Below, in pieces: positions 27,652 to 36,967 of a stretch of DNA of 64,000 nt (position 1 is the first letter of the stretch; every line of letters starts with the position of its first letter). Source of the DNA: Patescibacteria group bacterium (GTDB lineage: Bacteria > Patescibacteriota > Microgenomatia > UBA1406 > GWC2-37-13); assembly GCA_025057905.1 (NCBI GenBank), contig JANWUX010000001.1:20155-84154 (forward strand). The letters run 5' to 3'. The translations under genes and the position numbers were made by a program. The notes beneath the pieces were generated by a model. It saw only the letters and a program-made list of their open reading frames with translations, had not been told where the DNA came from and made no database searches.

Positions 27652-29849
27652 GATTGGCAATTAATTTTCAAAGAGACCGCCTGAAAAAACTTTTCATTCT
27701 TGCCAGTCTGATTTTTCTTGCTGGGTTATTTTTTTATTTACTTTATGATCTACCCAATCCATACCAACTAAGAAATTTTCAAAGAACACCCTTATCAACG
27801 AAGATCTATGATCGAAACGGAAAACTACTCTATCAGATCTACCGAGATCAAAATCGAGTTCCTATAAAACTCAAGGATTTACCAAAACATGTCTCTCAAG
27901 CTACAATCGCCATTGAGGATAAAGATTTCTACAAGCACGGCGGTGTCTCCTTTTTTGGCGGAATCGCTCGAGCAGTAAAGGAAACATTGCTCACCGGAAA
28001 AATTCAAGGAGGCTCAACAATTACTCAACAGTTAGTGAAGACCGCTCTTCTTAGTCCCGAAAGAACAATTAGAAGAAAGGTGAGGGAAATTGTTTTGGCC
28101 CTTTGGGTTGAGCAAATTTACACTAAAGACGAGATTTTAGAAATGTATCTAAACCAGGTTCCTTTCGGAGGATCTGCCTATGGCATTGAGCAGGCCAGCC
28201 AGATGTATTTCAAGAAATCAGCCCGGGATCTTTCGCTAAACGAAGCTGCTCTTTTGACTGGTCTGCCTCAGGCTCCATCTCTCTACTCCCCATATCATAA
28301 TCCTGAACTTGCTCTAAGAAGGAAGAATCAAGTCCTCAAACGCATGCTCGAGGACGGCTATATTGACGAAAAGACTTATAGGGAAAACGTCAACAAAAGA
28401 GTTGAGGTAAAACCGCCGACAAATCAGATCAAAGCTCCTCATTTTGTTTTTCATGTCAGAAAAATCCTTGAGGAGAAGTATGGAGTCGAGACCGTCGAAG
28501 AGGAAGGTCTCCGAGTCATCACAACTCTTGATTTAGAAATTCAGCAAGAGGCAGAAAAAATTCTTAAAGAAGAACTAGAGAAAATTCGACACCTCAATGT
28601 TACTAATGGAGCGATTCTGGTTACTCGACCACCGACAGGAGAAATCTTGGCAATGGTCGGGTCGGTTGACTACTTTGCCACTGGCAGCGGTGCTTTCAAT
28701 GTCACCACAGCTCTTCGACAACCAGGTTCAGCGATTAAGCCGCTCAACTACGCCGTCGGCATTGATCGAAAACTAGTGACAGCGGCAACGATTTTTATCG
28801 ATCAACCAACTTGTTTTATCAGTCCCGGCCAACCTAGAGCTTATTGTCCAGTTAATTATGACGGTAAATTTCACGGCCCAGTAAGTCTTCGATTTGCTTT
28901 AGGTAACTCCTACAATATCCCCGCCGTAAAAATGTTGGCGATAAACGGTGTCAGAGAGTTCATCGCCTCGGCTTCCGCTTTTGGAATTACATCCTTCAAG
29001 GATCCGAGCAACTACGGGCTATCGCTAGCCTTAGGTGGAGGTGAGGTGAGAATGACAGAACTCGCCCAAGCCTTTTCGGCTTTTGCCAATCTCGGAAAGG
29101 TAAAGCCGCTAACGGAAATCATAAAGATAACCGACAAGTTTGGAAATACGCTTGATGAGTTAAAGGATCCAAACTTTTTTCGTGAGGTAAAAAAACCACT
29201 AAGGGGCCCCAGTTATCTGTCAATTTCTGGCAGACAAGTAATCTCGGAAGAGACGGCGTTTATCATTTCTCACACTCTTCTTGATAGAAATGCCCGAATA
29301 GCAGCTTTTGGAGAGTCATCATTTCTCAACATTTCCGGTAAGGCCGTTTCGGTCAAAACTGGAACTACCGATGATAAAAGGGATAACTGGACTATTGGTT
29401 TTACCCCAAATTTTCTCGTTGCCGTATGGGTTGGTAACAACGACAATTCGCCTATGGATCCTTACTTAACCTCAGGTATGACCGGTGCCGCACCAATCTG
29501 GAACCGGGTCATGAGTTTTGTCCTAAAAAATCAACCAGACCTTTGGCCGATAAAACCGGCCAGTGTGATTGGCCGACAGGTCTGCTGGGACTCCGGTGAT
29601 CTTGCAATAAAAAAAGAAGACGGCACCGAAACCTGCCCCTCCCGATTTGAATACTTCATAAAGGGAACCGAGCCAGCTCAATCGAGTGTTTTCAAACAGA
29701 TTATTCCCGTAACCAAAGATGACAAATTAGCCCCTCCCAATTGGCCAGAAGTCGAGATGAAGGAAAAAACGATTATTCGCGATATGTTTGGGATTTACTG
29801 TCTTGATTGCAATAATGAAAGTCAACATTATCAATTAGTCAGAATATAA
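27648..29849 (+). CDS. Class A penicillin-binding protein (PBP1A-type glycosyltransferase/transpeptidase)
   Basis: It has an N-terminal TM helix, GT51 motifs (IAIEDKDFYKHGG, GGSTITQQLVK), and the transpeptidase motifs SxxK (GSAIKP), SxN (NSYN) and KTG (VKTGTT). Confidence 0.9.
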   Translation: MRLAINFQRDRLKKLFILASLIFLAGLFFYLLYDLPNPYQLRNFQRTPLSTKIYDRNGKLLYQIYRDQNRVPIKLKDLPKHVSQATIAIEDKDFYKHGGVSFFGGIARAVKETLLTGKIQGGSTITQQLVKTALLSPERTIRRKVREIVLALWVEQIYTKDEILEMYLNQVPFGGSAYGIEQASQMYFKKSARDLSLNEAALLTGLPQAPSLYSPYHNPELALRRKNQVLKRMLEDGYIDEKTYRENVNKRVEVKPPTNQIKAPHFVFHVRKILEEKYGVETVEEEGLRVITTLDLEIQQEAEKILKEELEKIRHLNVTNGAILVTRPPTGEILAMVGSVDYFATGSGAFNVTTALRQPGSAIKPLNYAVGIDRKLVTAATIFIDQPTCFISPGQPRAYCPVNYDGKFHGPVSLRFALGNSYNIPAVKMLAINGVREFIASASAFGITSFKDPSNYGLSLALGGGEVRMTELAQAFSAFANLGKVKPLTEIIKITDKFGNTLDELKDPNFFREVKKPLRGPSYLSISGRQVISEETAFIISHTLLDRNARIAAFGESSFLNISGKAVSVKTGTTDDKRDNWTIGFTPNFLVAVWVGNNDNSPMDPYLTSGMTGAAPIWNRVMSFVLKNQPDLWPIKPASVIGRQVCWDSGDLAIKKEDGTETCPSRFEYFIKGTEPAQSSVFKQIIPVTKDDKLAPPNWPEVEMKEKTIIRDMFGIYCLDCNNESQHYQLVRI

Positions 29850-29856
29850 GAAAGAG

Positions 29857-30339
29857 ATGATTGTCGTCATTCAAAGAGTAATTGAGGCAGAAGTGAGAGT
29901 TGAAAATAAATTATTTTCGAAGATAGGCAGAGGCTACCTTGTTCTTGTCGGCTTTTGCAAGCAGGACACCAAAAATGTTGTTATAAAGATGGCTGAGAAG
30001 ATTGCTAACTTAAGAATCATGGCTGACCAACATGGAAAAATGAACCTAAATCTTCTTCAGGCGAGCGGTGAACTTCTCCTCGTCTCTCAGTTTACTCTCT
30101 GTGCTGACACTTCCCAGCGCCGGCCCTCGTTTCTCAACGCTCTTGAAGAAACTAAGGCACTTGATCTTTACAAATTGCTTATTAAAAGCCTTCTTGAAAG
30201 AGGAATCAAGGTTAAAACTGGCCATTTTGGCCACTACATGGAGATAAGACTCATTAATGACGGACCAGTAACGATAATTCTTAACAGCAAAAACTTTAAG
30301 TTGCAAGACTATCAAGACCAATTAAGTCCTTGTGGCTGA
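29857..30339 (+). CDS. dtd: D-aminoacyl-tRNA deacylase
   Basis: Motifs are MIVVIQRV, LLVSQFTL and GHFGHYMEI..NDGPVTI. Confidence 0.9.
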   Translation: MIVVIQRVIEAEVRVENKLFSKIGRGYLVLVGFCKQDTKNVVIKMAEKIANLRIMADQHGKMNLNLLQASGELLLVSQFTLCADTSQRRPSFLNALEETKALDLYKLLIKSLLERGIKVKTGHFGHYMEIRLINDGPVTIILNSKNFKLQDYQDQLSPCG

Positions 30340-31681
30340 AATTTAAAATTAAATTTTTGAAGTCACAAGCCAAGTTTTTAAACCCCAAAGAAAAAAAGCA
30401 ATCAGATAACTTGAAACTTTAAAACCTATAGGATAAAATTATAAGAAAGATTATATTCCAGAGAAAACACGAGAATAAAGAAATTCCTCAATTTTTGCTT
30501 TGGTTCTACCCTATCAACTTGACACTTTGCTTGATTATCTCAGCAGGAGTTAATCCCCTTATTTCCCTTGGTCCTTTCACTATTCTCTTAACCAAATTCT
30601 CTTTCTTTGGCTTCTAAGGAAGTTGATTTCTCAAGTTATTGCTCGATAATTTCGAGAAAAATCTTTAAAAGATTGATCAGACACTGGTGGAAAAAATTCA
30701 AATGACAAGGGTTCTGTCTTTTTTGATTTCTTTGAGGATTAATTTAAAAAAACAATCAAACCCTATATCAAAAAGCTCAGTGAGGTTGATTCTAAAGTTT
30801 TATCTATTTAATCAAAAATCAAAGAACAAACACTTTCATTGACTGATGAACCAGGAATAGAAAGAGAGAGAAAGTTTTTTTTAAAGCTAACCAAAAAATC
30901 ATTGAAAAACACCAAATTGATGTCGCAAATTGCCATTCAATTAAAAAATCATCAAAAAAGGATAAGAAAAACCCTTGGATGAGAACATGATCACTGATGG
31001 GATTTAGTCACTGATCGAGAAGTTAAATTTTGAGATCAAAGAAAACCGCTAACGTCGTCGCCCTGCCGGTTCGTGGTTAATTTTCAAGAGCAATAATTTC
31101 GGCCGCCATGAAACTTCTTTTTCTGAGGATTAGAAGGAAACTTTTTTCTTATCTCTAAAGAAAGAGGTATCAAGGCCAAGGTCACCACCGTTGCTGAAGA
31201 GAAGGTAATTGTCATCGGCGACTTCATCAACGACAAAAAAATCCAAAACATTGTGTTTGGCAATCACGATCAACATCAAACCAGATACCAAGAAAAAAAT
31301 GCCGATTCCTTCGCCTCAAATACGATCACCGTCACTAATCAAAAGTTTGCTTTAATATTTCAACTCTTTGTTTTGACAAAAAGAATCAATCGCATGAATC
31401 TAAAAAACTTTTCCAAATTTTTGTGCCTATAATATCCTGAATTTTCTTGATTCACTTATCATTTCGATTGATTTTGGCTTGATTTATCCTTTCTTCAATC
31501 TGTGGGTTGCCGTAGTTGCAGCCAATGCCTTCTTGAACCTGAAAGACTGACTGAAACTTAACAAATCCTTTTAGTGGAGCAACAACTATCTCGGTTAACT
31601 TCTTTAACTTTAAGAACTATATCCTCTCAGCAGAGAAGTGAGCTCAATTTGATAAAATTACAGAAAAGGACAAGCGAGAAA
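30340..31681. other. 1.3-kb region without any ORF of 60 aa or longer (possible decayed gene remnants or ncRNA)
   Basis: The six-frame track is empty here except for the GTG-extended 5' end of trpS. Only short stop-free stretches are present (see findings). Confidence 0.5.
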
Positions 31682-32659
31682 ATGAAACAACGGGTACTTT
31701 CAGGAATTAGAGCCACCGGAAAACTCCATCTGGGCAATTATCTTGGCGCTGTCAAGGGAATGATTGAACTTCAGAACAATCCAAACTATGAATGCTTCTA
31801 CATGGTGGCTGATGCTCACACGATAACCACTCCCTTTGATCCCAGCTCCCTTCGTCAAAACCAGCGAGAGATTATTATTGAGTACTTAGCTATCGGTCTT
31901 AATCCAGAAAAATCAACTCTTTTTATACAGTCAAGAGTTCCAGAGCATTTTGAACTAGCTTTTTACCTTTCCTCGGTTGTTTCAATTGCTCGGATGCAAC
32001 ACCTGCCTACGTACAAAGAAAAAGTGAAGCAATATCCCGAAAGCAACACGATGGCTCTCTTAAACTACCCAGTCTTGATGGCGGCAGATATCCTTGTTTA
32101 TAAAGCTAACCTCGTTCCCGTTGGCATTGACCAGGAACCTCATCTGGAGGTTGCCAGGGAGATTGTTCGAAAACTGAATCAGATCTATGGCACTGACCTT
32201 CCAGAGCCAAGAAGATTTACTACTCTAGGTCATTATGTCCCTTCTCTTAAAGGGGAAGGAAAAATGAGTAAGTCGGTTGAAGGAAGCTACATCAATCTAA
32301 CCGACTCTCTCGAGGAGATTCGAAGAAAAATCAGAAGCATTCCGACAGCTATGGTCGCTGGCGGTCCAATTATCGGTGGTATAAAAACCCTTTTCTTGCT
32401 GGCAAAGCTATTCCTTTCGGAAACTAACTACCAAAAATTTAAGGAAGATTATCATCGAGGAAGACTTCAATTTGTAACAATCAAAGACACTTTGGCTGAG
32501 GCAATCTATCAAGAACTTAGGCCGATTCAGGAGAGAGTAAAGCAATTAAAAAAAAATCAGAGTTATGTCGACAAAGTTATTGAGAATGGTTGTCAGAAAG
32601 CTCGAGTCGTTGCTCAAGCAACACTAAGTGAAATCAAGAAAAAAATGGGATTTCTCTAA
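31682..32659 (+). CDS. trpS: Tryptophanyl-tRNA synthetase
   Basis: Taken from ATG 31682 (MKQRVLSGIRATGKLHLGNYLG). The HIGH-type motif is HLGN and the KMSKS motif is GKMSKS. The track ORF starts at an upstream GTG. Confidence 0.95.
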   Translation: MKQRVLSGIRATGKLHLGNYLGAVKGMIELQNNPNYECFYMVADAHTITTPFDPSSLRQNQREIIIEYLAIGLNPEKSTLFIQSRVPEHFELAFYLSSVVSIARMQHLPTYKEKVKQYPESNTMALLNYPVLMAADILVYKANLVPVGIDQEPHLEVAREIVRKLNQIYGTDLPEPRRFTTLGHYVPSLKGEGKMSKSVEGSYINLTDSLEEIRRKIRSIPTAMVAGGPIIGGIKTLFLLAKLFLSETNYQKFKEDYHRGRLQFVTIKDTLAEAIYQELRPIQERVKQLKKNQSYVDKVIENGCQKARVVAQATLSEIKKKMGFL

Positions 32660-32663
32660 AACA

Positions 32664-33923
32664 ATGACTCAATCACTAACCGAGAGACTTCGACCAAAGA
32701 CACTCAACGAGTTTATCGGCCAGGAGCATCTTATTGGCGAAAAGGGAGTGATAAGAAAAATGGTCAAGGAGGGAAAGATTGTCTCAATGATTCTTTGGGG
32801 ACCACCAGGATCAGGAAAGACTACTTTAGCTCGATTAATTGGCCAACATCTTGGAGCTGATTTTGTCTCTCTTTCAGGAATAAATCAAATAACCGCTGAC
32901 TTAAAAAAAATTATCAAAAGACAAAAGGAAACAAGTCTTTTTTCAAAAAAGACCATAATTGTTTTTATTGACGAAATTCATCGACTTAACAAAACTCAAC
33001 AAACTTTTTTTCTACCACTAATTGAAGAAGGTGAGATCGTTCTCATTGGGGCAACGACAGAGAATCCTGGATTTGAGATCATTCCTCCCCTTCTCTCCCG
33101 TTGTCAAGTTTATAAACTTCGCTCTCTTGAAGATCAAGAGATCAAGAAAATCATCAGCCAAGGACTTCAGCTTTTCCCTGATCATCAAATTGACAAGAGA
33201 GCCCTACAGTTTTTGATTAGTTTTTCTTGCGGGGATGCTCGAAAAGCGATTAATGCTTTGGAATTGGCAGTCAACCTGTCAAGAAAAATAGATTTGGAAA
33301 CAATCAAAAAAGCCATTCAGATAAAAACCATTTCCTACGATAAAAACGGCGATCTCCACTACGATACTTTCTCCGCCTTTATCAAGTCAATGCGAGGCTG
33401 TAATCCCGATGCTACTCTTCATTATTTGGCCCGAATGATCAAAGCTGGCGAAGACCCAGTAATTATTGCTCGGCGAATGGTTATTTTTGCCAGTGAGGAC
33501 ATTGGCAATGCCCAACCAACGGCTCTGATTTTAGCAACTACCTGTCTCGAAGCTGTTCAAATGATCGGAATGCCCGAGGCAGCCTTGATATTAGCTCAGA
33601 CCGCTACCTATTTGGCCTGCGCCCAAAAGTCGATTGCTGTCACGACTGGCCTTCAAGAAGCATTGAAAGATCTAGAAACCATCAATCCTGGTTCAATTCC
33701 CCTTCATTTAAGAAATCAGAAAAATCTTCTCGATCAGCAGCTTGGTTTTGATCAAGGTCACATTCGCTATCAGTGGCTGATTGAGAAACTCACCGGCAAA
33801 AAAGTTAACCAAGAATATCTGCCGGAAAACTTGAGAGACAAGATATGCTACATAAAAGATTGGGATGAGAATTATCCTAAAAAAGATGGTCAATCTTCCT
33901 CATCATCTGGCGATAATTCCTGA
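32664..33923 (+). CDS. rarA: Replication-associated recombination protein A (RarA/MgsA AAA+ ATPase)
   Basis: Walker A is GPPGSGKTTLA and Walker B is FIDEIHRLNK. A MgsA-type C-terminal domain is present. The start is taken at ATG 32664. Confidence 0.9.
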   Translation: MTQSLTERLRPKTLNEFIGQEHLIGEKGVIRKMVKEGKIVSMILWGPPGSGKTTLARLIGQHLGADFVSLSGINQITADLKKIIKRQKETSLFSKKTIIVFIDEIHRLNKTQQTFFLPLIEEGEIVLIGATTENPGFEIIPPLLSRCQVYKLRSLEDQEIKKIISQGLQLFPDHQIDKRALQFLISFSCGDARKAINALELAVNLSRKIDLETIKKAIQIKTISYDKNGDLHYDTFSAFIKSMRGCNPDATLHYLARMIKAGEDPVIIARRMVIFASEDIGNAQPTALILATTCLEAVQMIGMPEAALILAQTATYLACAQKSIAVTTGLQEALKDLETINPGSIPLHLRNQKNLLDQQLGFDQGHIRYQWLIEKLTGKKVNQEYLPENLRDKICYIKDWDENYPKKDGQSSSSSGDNS

Positions 33924-34566
33924 TGGCAATCGAAGATGGGCAAAAGAGAAAGGTTTGCCAATCTCTCGTGGTCATCAAGAAGGTCTAGAAAATCTCAAAA
34001 AACTTGCCAGCTTCATTTTTAGTTTGAAAATTCCCATCTTAACCGTCTGGGGATTTTCAACAGAGAACTGGGAACGAACCAAAAAAGAGATTTATTATCT
34101 GATGAAGATTTTCCGTCAGGCAATCGACATTTACCTTGAAGAGGCAATTCAAAAAAAAATAAGACTCATTCACCTGGGCAGAAAAGATAGAATTGATCAA
34201 AAACTTCGAGAAAAAATTATCGAGGCAGAGGTAGTGACTCAAAAGTTTACTGAGAGATTTTTATGCTTTGCCCTTGATTACGGAGGTCGGGATGAGATAA
34301 TTAGAGCCATAAGAAAAATTGGTGACCCAAACCATATTGATGAAAAAAAATTTAGTCAACTTCTCGATACCTCTCAACTTCCCTATCCTAACCCTGATCT
34401 AATCATTAGAACCGGAAAAGAAAAACGGCTTTCAGGTTTCATGCTCTGGCAGTCGAATTACGCCGAGTTATATTTCTGCGACAAGTACTTTCCCGACTTC
34501 GATGAAAAAGAACTCAAGAAAGCCCTTGATGATTATCAAAGACGCCGAAGAAGATTTGGGCAATAA
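33865..34566 (+). CDS. uppS: Undecaprenyl-diphosphate synthase (cis-prenyltransferase)
   Basis: Motifs are HLAIIPDGNRRWA and DLIIRTGKEKRLSGFMLWQSNYAELYF. An alternative ATG lies at 33886. Confidence 0.9.
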   Translation: MRIILKKMVNLPHHLAIIPDGNRRWAKEKGLPISRGHQEGLENLKKLASFIFSLKIPILTVWGFSTENWERTKKEIYYLMKIFRQAIDIYLEEAIQKKIRLIHLGRKDRIDQKLREKIIEAEVVTQKFTERFLCFALDYGGRDEIIRAIRKIGDPNHIDEKKFSQLLDTSQLPYPNPDLIIRTGKEKRLSGFMLWQSNYAELYFCDKYFPDFDEKELKKALDDYQRRRRRFGQ

Positions 34567-34568
34567 TC

Positions 34569-35372
34569 TCACTCAATTCGGGTGCCAACAACTGTTTTTC
34601 CCTCAAACAGCTTGACCAGATTATTGTTTTTATTGGCATTGAAAATGAAAGAAGAGATACCAAACTCTTCGGCGATCTTCAGTGACTCCTTGATTTTGTG
34701 AAGAATCCCTCCTGTGACATCAAATTTTTTCACTGACCAAATTATTTTTTTCTTTATTTCAGGAAAATTCTCTTGGTTAATTTTTTCTATCACCTTTCCC
34801 TTTTCATCATATATTCCGTCAACATCAGAACAGTAGATTATTTGATCAACTGAATAACCTCGTCTCAGGAGTTCTTTTGTCAATTCTCTGAAAATTTTTT
34901 CTGTCGAAAAGATCACTGAGTCAATAGCCATGTCAAAAATAATGTCACCAAATACAATACCAACAATTTCTCTTTCAAGACAACAAATCAGAGGCTCGAT
35001 GAAGATTTTCTTTCTCTTTTGATTTTTTGAGATTAAAAAAGATGCCGGTGGAAGTGAGAAACTGGGTACCCCTTCAGCTAACAGTTTCTCAAGAATGGCC
35101 AGATTCAACTTCCTGACAAAAAAGCTAATTTCACAAAATCCAAATCTGGAGAAACCTGTCAACAAGGCATTTTTTTTGTGTTTTAAGGCAAAATAGTGAC
35201 CAAACGAACCGGCGCCGTTGCCAATAATCAGTCTTAGAGAGGGGTGGTTTTTTTTGATCTGAGAAATCTGGTGACAAAGGTTTTCAACCTGGGAGAAGTT
35301 TATCGCCTGTGGCCGATCTTTATCGGTGATGACACTTCCTCCAAACTTCAAGAGATAGATTGTTTTTTTCAT
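34569..35372 (-). CDS. Isopentenyl phosphate kinase (amino-acid-kinase fold)
   Basis: 267 aa with LLKFGGSVITDK, GNGAGSFGH, CSDVDGIYD, FDVTGGILHKI and FNANKNNNLVKLFEGKTVVGTRI. These match the archaeal IPK pattern (KLGGS, GGG.FGH, DVTGG, FNG.K.NN). Confidence 0.75.
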   Translation of the reverse strand: MKKTIYLLKFGGSVITDKDRPQAINFSQVENLCHQISQIKKNHPSLRLIIGNGAGSFGHYFALKHKKNALLTGFSRFGFCEISFFVRKLNLAILEKLLAEGVPSFSLPPASFLISKNQKRKKIFIEPLICCLEREIVGIVFGDIIFDMAIDSVIFSTEKIFRELTKELLRRGYSVDQIIYCSDVDGIYDEKGKVIEKINQENFPEIKKKIIWSVKKFDVTGGILHKIKESLKIAEEFGISSFIFNANKNNNLVKLFEGKTVVGTRIE

Positions 35373-35924
35373 TCACTCTCTTTTTATCTGCCAAAAATTC
35401 GCCCCTGCCAGATCCCAAGGTAGTCGCCGTTCATCGGGCCGATCCGGATTGAACTGACGATCGACAAAGTAAATCACCGTTGCTTCCTTCTGAGAAACAT
35501 TAGCAACACCATGGGCAACTCCTCGAGGAATGTAAACAAGTTTCGATTGACCGGCACCCATGATAATTTTCATTTTCAGATTCCTGGTTGGCGATTTTTT
35601 CCGAAGATCCCACAAACCCAAAAAAAGATGATCCTCCGGTGGAACATACCAGATGTCTTCTTGTGAGTAATGAAGGTGCCAGGCTTTTATCGCCCCAGGA
35701 ACAATCTTAGATCGATTAATTTGTCGAAGATTAAACCCCGGAAATAGATCACTTATCCCACCCTCGCTTAAACGAAGCAGTTCCTCAAAAGTACCGTCCT
35801 CACCGCTCAGGAGCCGAAGGCCAACAATCTTCACCCCCTCAATCACCGGCTTTTTTGAGTAGTCTTGAAGGGTAATTTTTTCTATTACCTCTCCAAGAAT
35901 ATCCCGATCAGTCAGATTGTTCAT
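35373..35924 (-). CDS. dTDP-4-dehydrorhamnose 3,5-epimerase-like cupin (RmlC family)
   Basis: 183 aa with AWHLHYSQEDIWYV and YIPRGVAHGVAN. Confidence 0.75.
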   Translation of the reverse strand: MNNLTDRDILGEVIEKITLQDYSKKPVIEGVKIVGLRLLSGEDGTFEELLRLSEGGISDLFPGFNLRQINRSKIVPGAIKAWHLHYSQEDIWYVPPEDHLFLGLWDLRKKSPTRNLKMKIIMGAGQSKLVYIPRGVAHGVANVSQKEATVIYFVDRQFNPDRPDERRLPWDLAGANFWQIKRE

Positions 35925-35943
35925 TTTTTTCTGTTTTTGCCTG

Positions 35944-36015
35944 TGCTAGCAGAGGGACTCGAACCCCCGACCCGTCGCTTATGAAACGACTGCTCTGCCA
36001 CTGAGCTATGCTAGC
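35944..36015 (-). tRNA. tRNA-Met (anticodon CAU), elongator-type or possibly tRNA-Ile2 precursor; no encoded CCA
   Basis: The minus strand reads GCTAGCA-TA-GCTC-AGTGGC-AGAGC-A-GTCGT-TTCATAA-GCGAC-GGGTC-GGGGG-TTCGAGT-CCCTC-TGCTAGC-A. This forms a clean cloverleaf with a G1:C72 pair and no GGG/CCC in the anticodon stem, so it is not an initiator. Confidence 0.85.
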
Positions 36016-36064
36016 TCTCTGGATCTAACTATTATATAATAAAGCAAAGCCCAAAGCCATCCAA

Positions 36065-36967
36065 ATGAAGAAAAAAATCAGCCAAACTGACCTGTCAATA
36101 ATTATCGTTTCTTATAACACCAAGAAGCTTACCCAAGAGTGTCTGGTATCGGTTGATCGTTCCCTCCGCTGCTCAAAAATCAATTATGAACTCATTGTCG
36201 TTGATAATCATTCAACTGACGGCTCAGTAGAGATACTCAAAAAATATTTGTTAAAAAAAAGCAATACTAACCAGTTAATCTGTTTGCCAGAGAACTTAGG
36301 TTTTGGTCGGGCCAACAACTTGGCCGTCAAGAAAGCCAAAGGTCGCTATCTACTCTTTTTAAACTCAGACACAATCATTCTTGATCGAGCTATAGAAAAA
36401 ATGTTTGCTTTATACAAAGACAATGAGAACAAGATTAATTTTCTCGGACCAAAACTTCTCAACAACGATCTCTCCCCACAACCCTCAGCGGCTCACTTTT
36501 TTCGATTGCCAGTCGTCTTTGCCGCTCTCTTTCTTAAAGGTGATTATTGGGGACTGACACGATTTTCTCCATCGAAACTAGAAAAGGTTGACTGGGTATC
36601 CGGAGCCTGTCTATTGACCAAAAAAGAGTACTTTGAACAGCTTGGAGGTTTTGATGAGAAAATTTTTATGTATATGGAAGAGGTGGATCTTTTATATCGA
36701 GCAAGAAAACTAAGTTGGAATACCTACTTCTATCCTACCGCAAAGGTCATTCATCTTGGCTTTGCCTCCTCGGGCAAAAAAACCGTCCCGATTCTCCAGG
36801 TTTACCGAGGCCTGGTTTTTTTTTATCAGAAACACTATTCAAAGCTGTCCCTCTTCATTCTTCGACTCCTTTTAAGACTTAAAGCCATGATTGCTCTCGT
36901 TGTTGGTAAACTAAGAAAAGATGACTATCTTGTCAAAACTTATGAAAGAGCTTGGCAAATTGTTTAA
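36065..36967 (+). CDS. Family 2 glycosyltransferase
   Basis: Motifs are SIIIVSYNTKK, VVDNHSTDGS, FLNSDT and GGFDEKIFMYMEEVDL. Confidence 0.85.
   Translation: MKKKISQTDLSIIIVSYNTKKLTQECLVSVDRSLRCSKINYELIVVDNHSTDGSVEILKKYLLKKSNTNQLICLPENLGFGRANNLAVKKAKGRYLLFLNSDTIILDRAIEKMFALYKDNENKINFLGPKLLNNDLSPQPSAAHFFRLPVVFAALFLKGDYWGLTRFSPSKLEKVDWVSGACLLTKKEYFEQLGGFDEKIFMYMEEVDLLYRARKLSWNTYFYPTAKVIHLGFASSGKKTVPILQVYRGLVFFYQKHYSKLSLFILRLLLRLKAMIALVVGKLRKDDYLVKTYERAWQIV

Noticed and set aside
31440-31681. T-box riboswitch upstream of trpS (and upstream of metG at 26000-26259).
   Set aside because: No GGGTGGTACCGCG-type T-box sequence is present. The nearest element, TGGGTTGCCGTAG, is in the wrong order relative to an AGAGA-like element. 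No terminator/antiterminator pair was seen.
30340-31681. Calling the ORF-free island a defined insertion sequence or prophage remnant.
   Set aside because: No terminal inverted repeats, target duplications or recognisable transposase/integrase catalytic motifs could be found by eye. Only HTH-like scraps are present, so it is kept as a hypothesis in the findings.
35944-36015. Initiator tRNA-fMet.
   Set aside because: It has a G1:C72 base pair and an anticodon stem GTCGT/GCGAC, which lacks the three G:C pairs typical of bacterial initiators.
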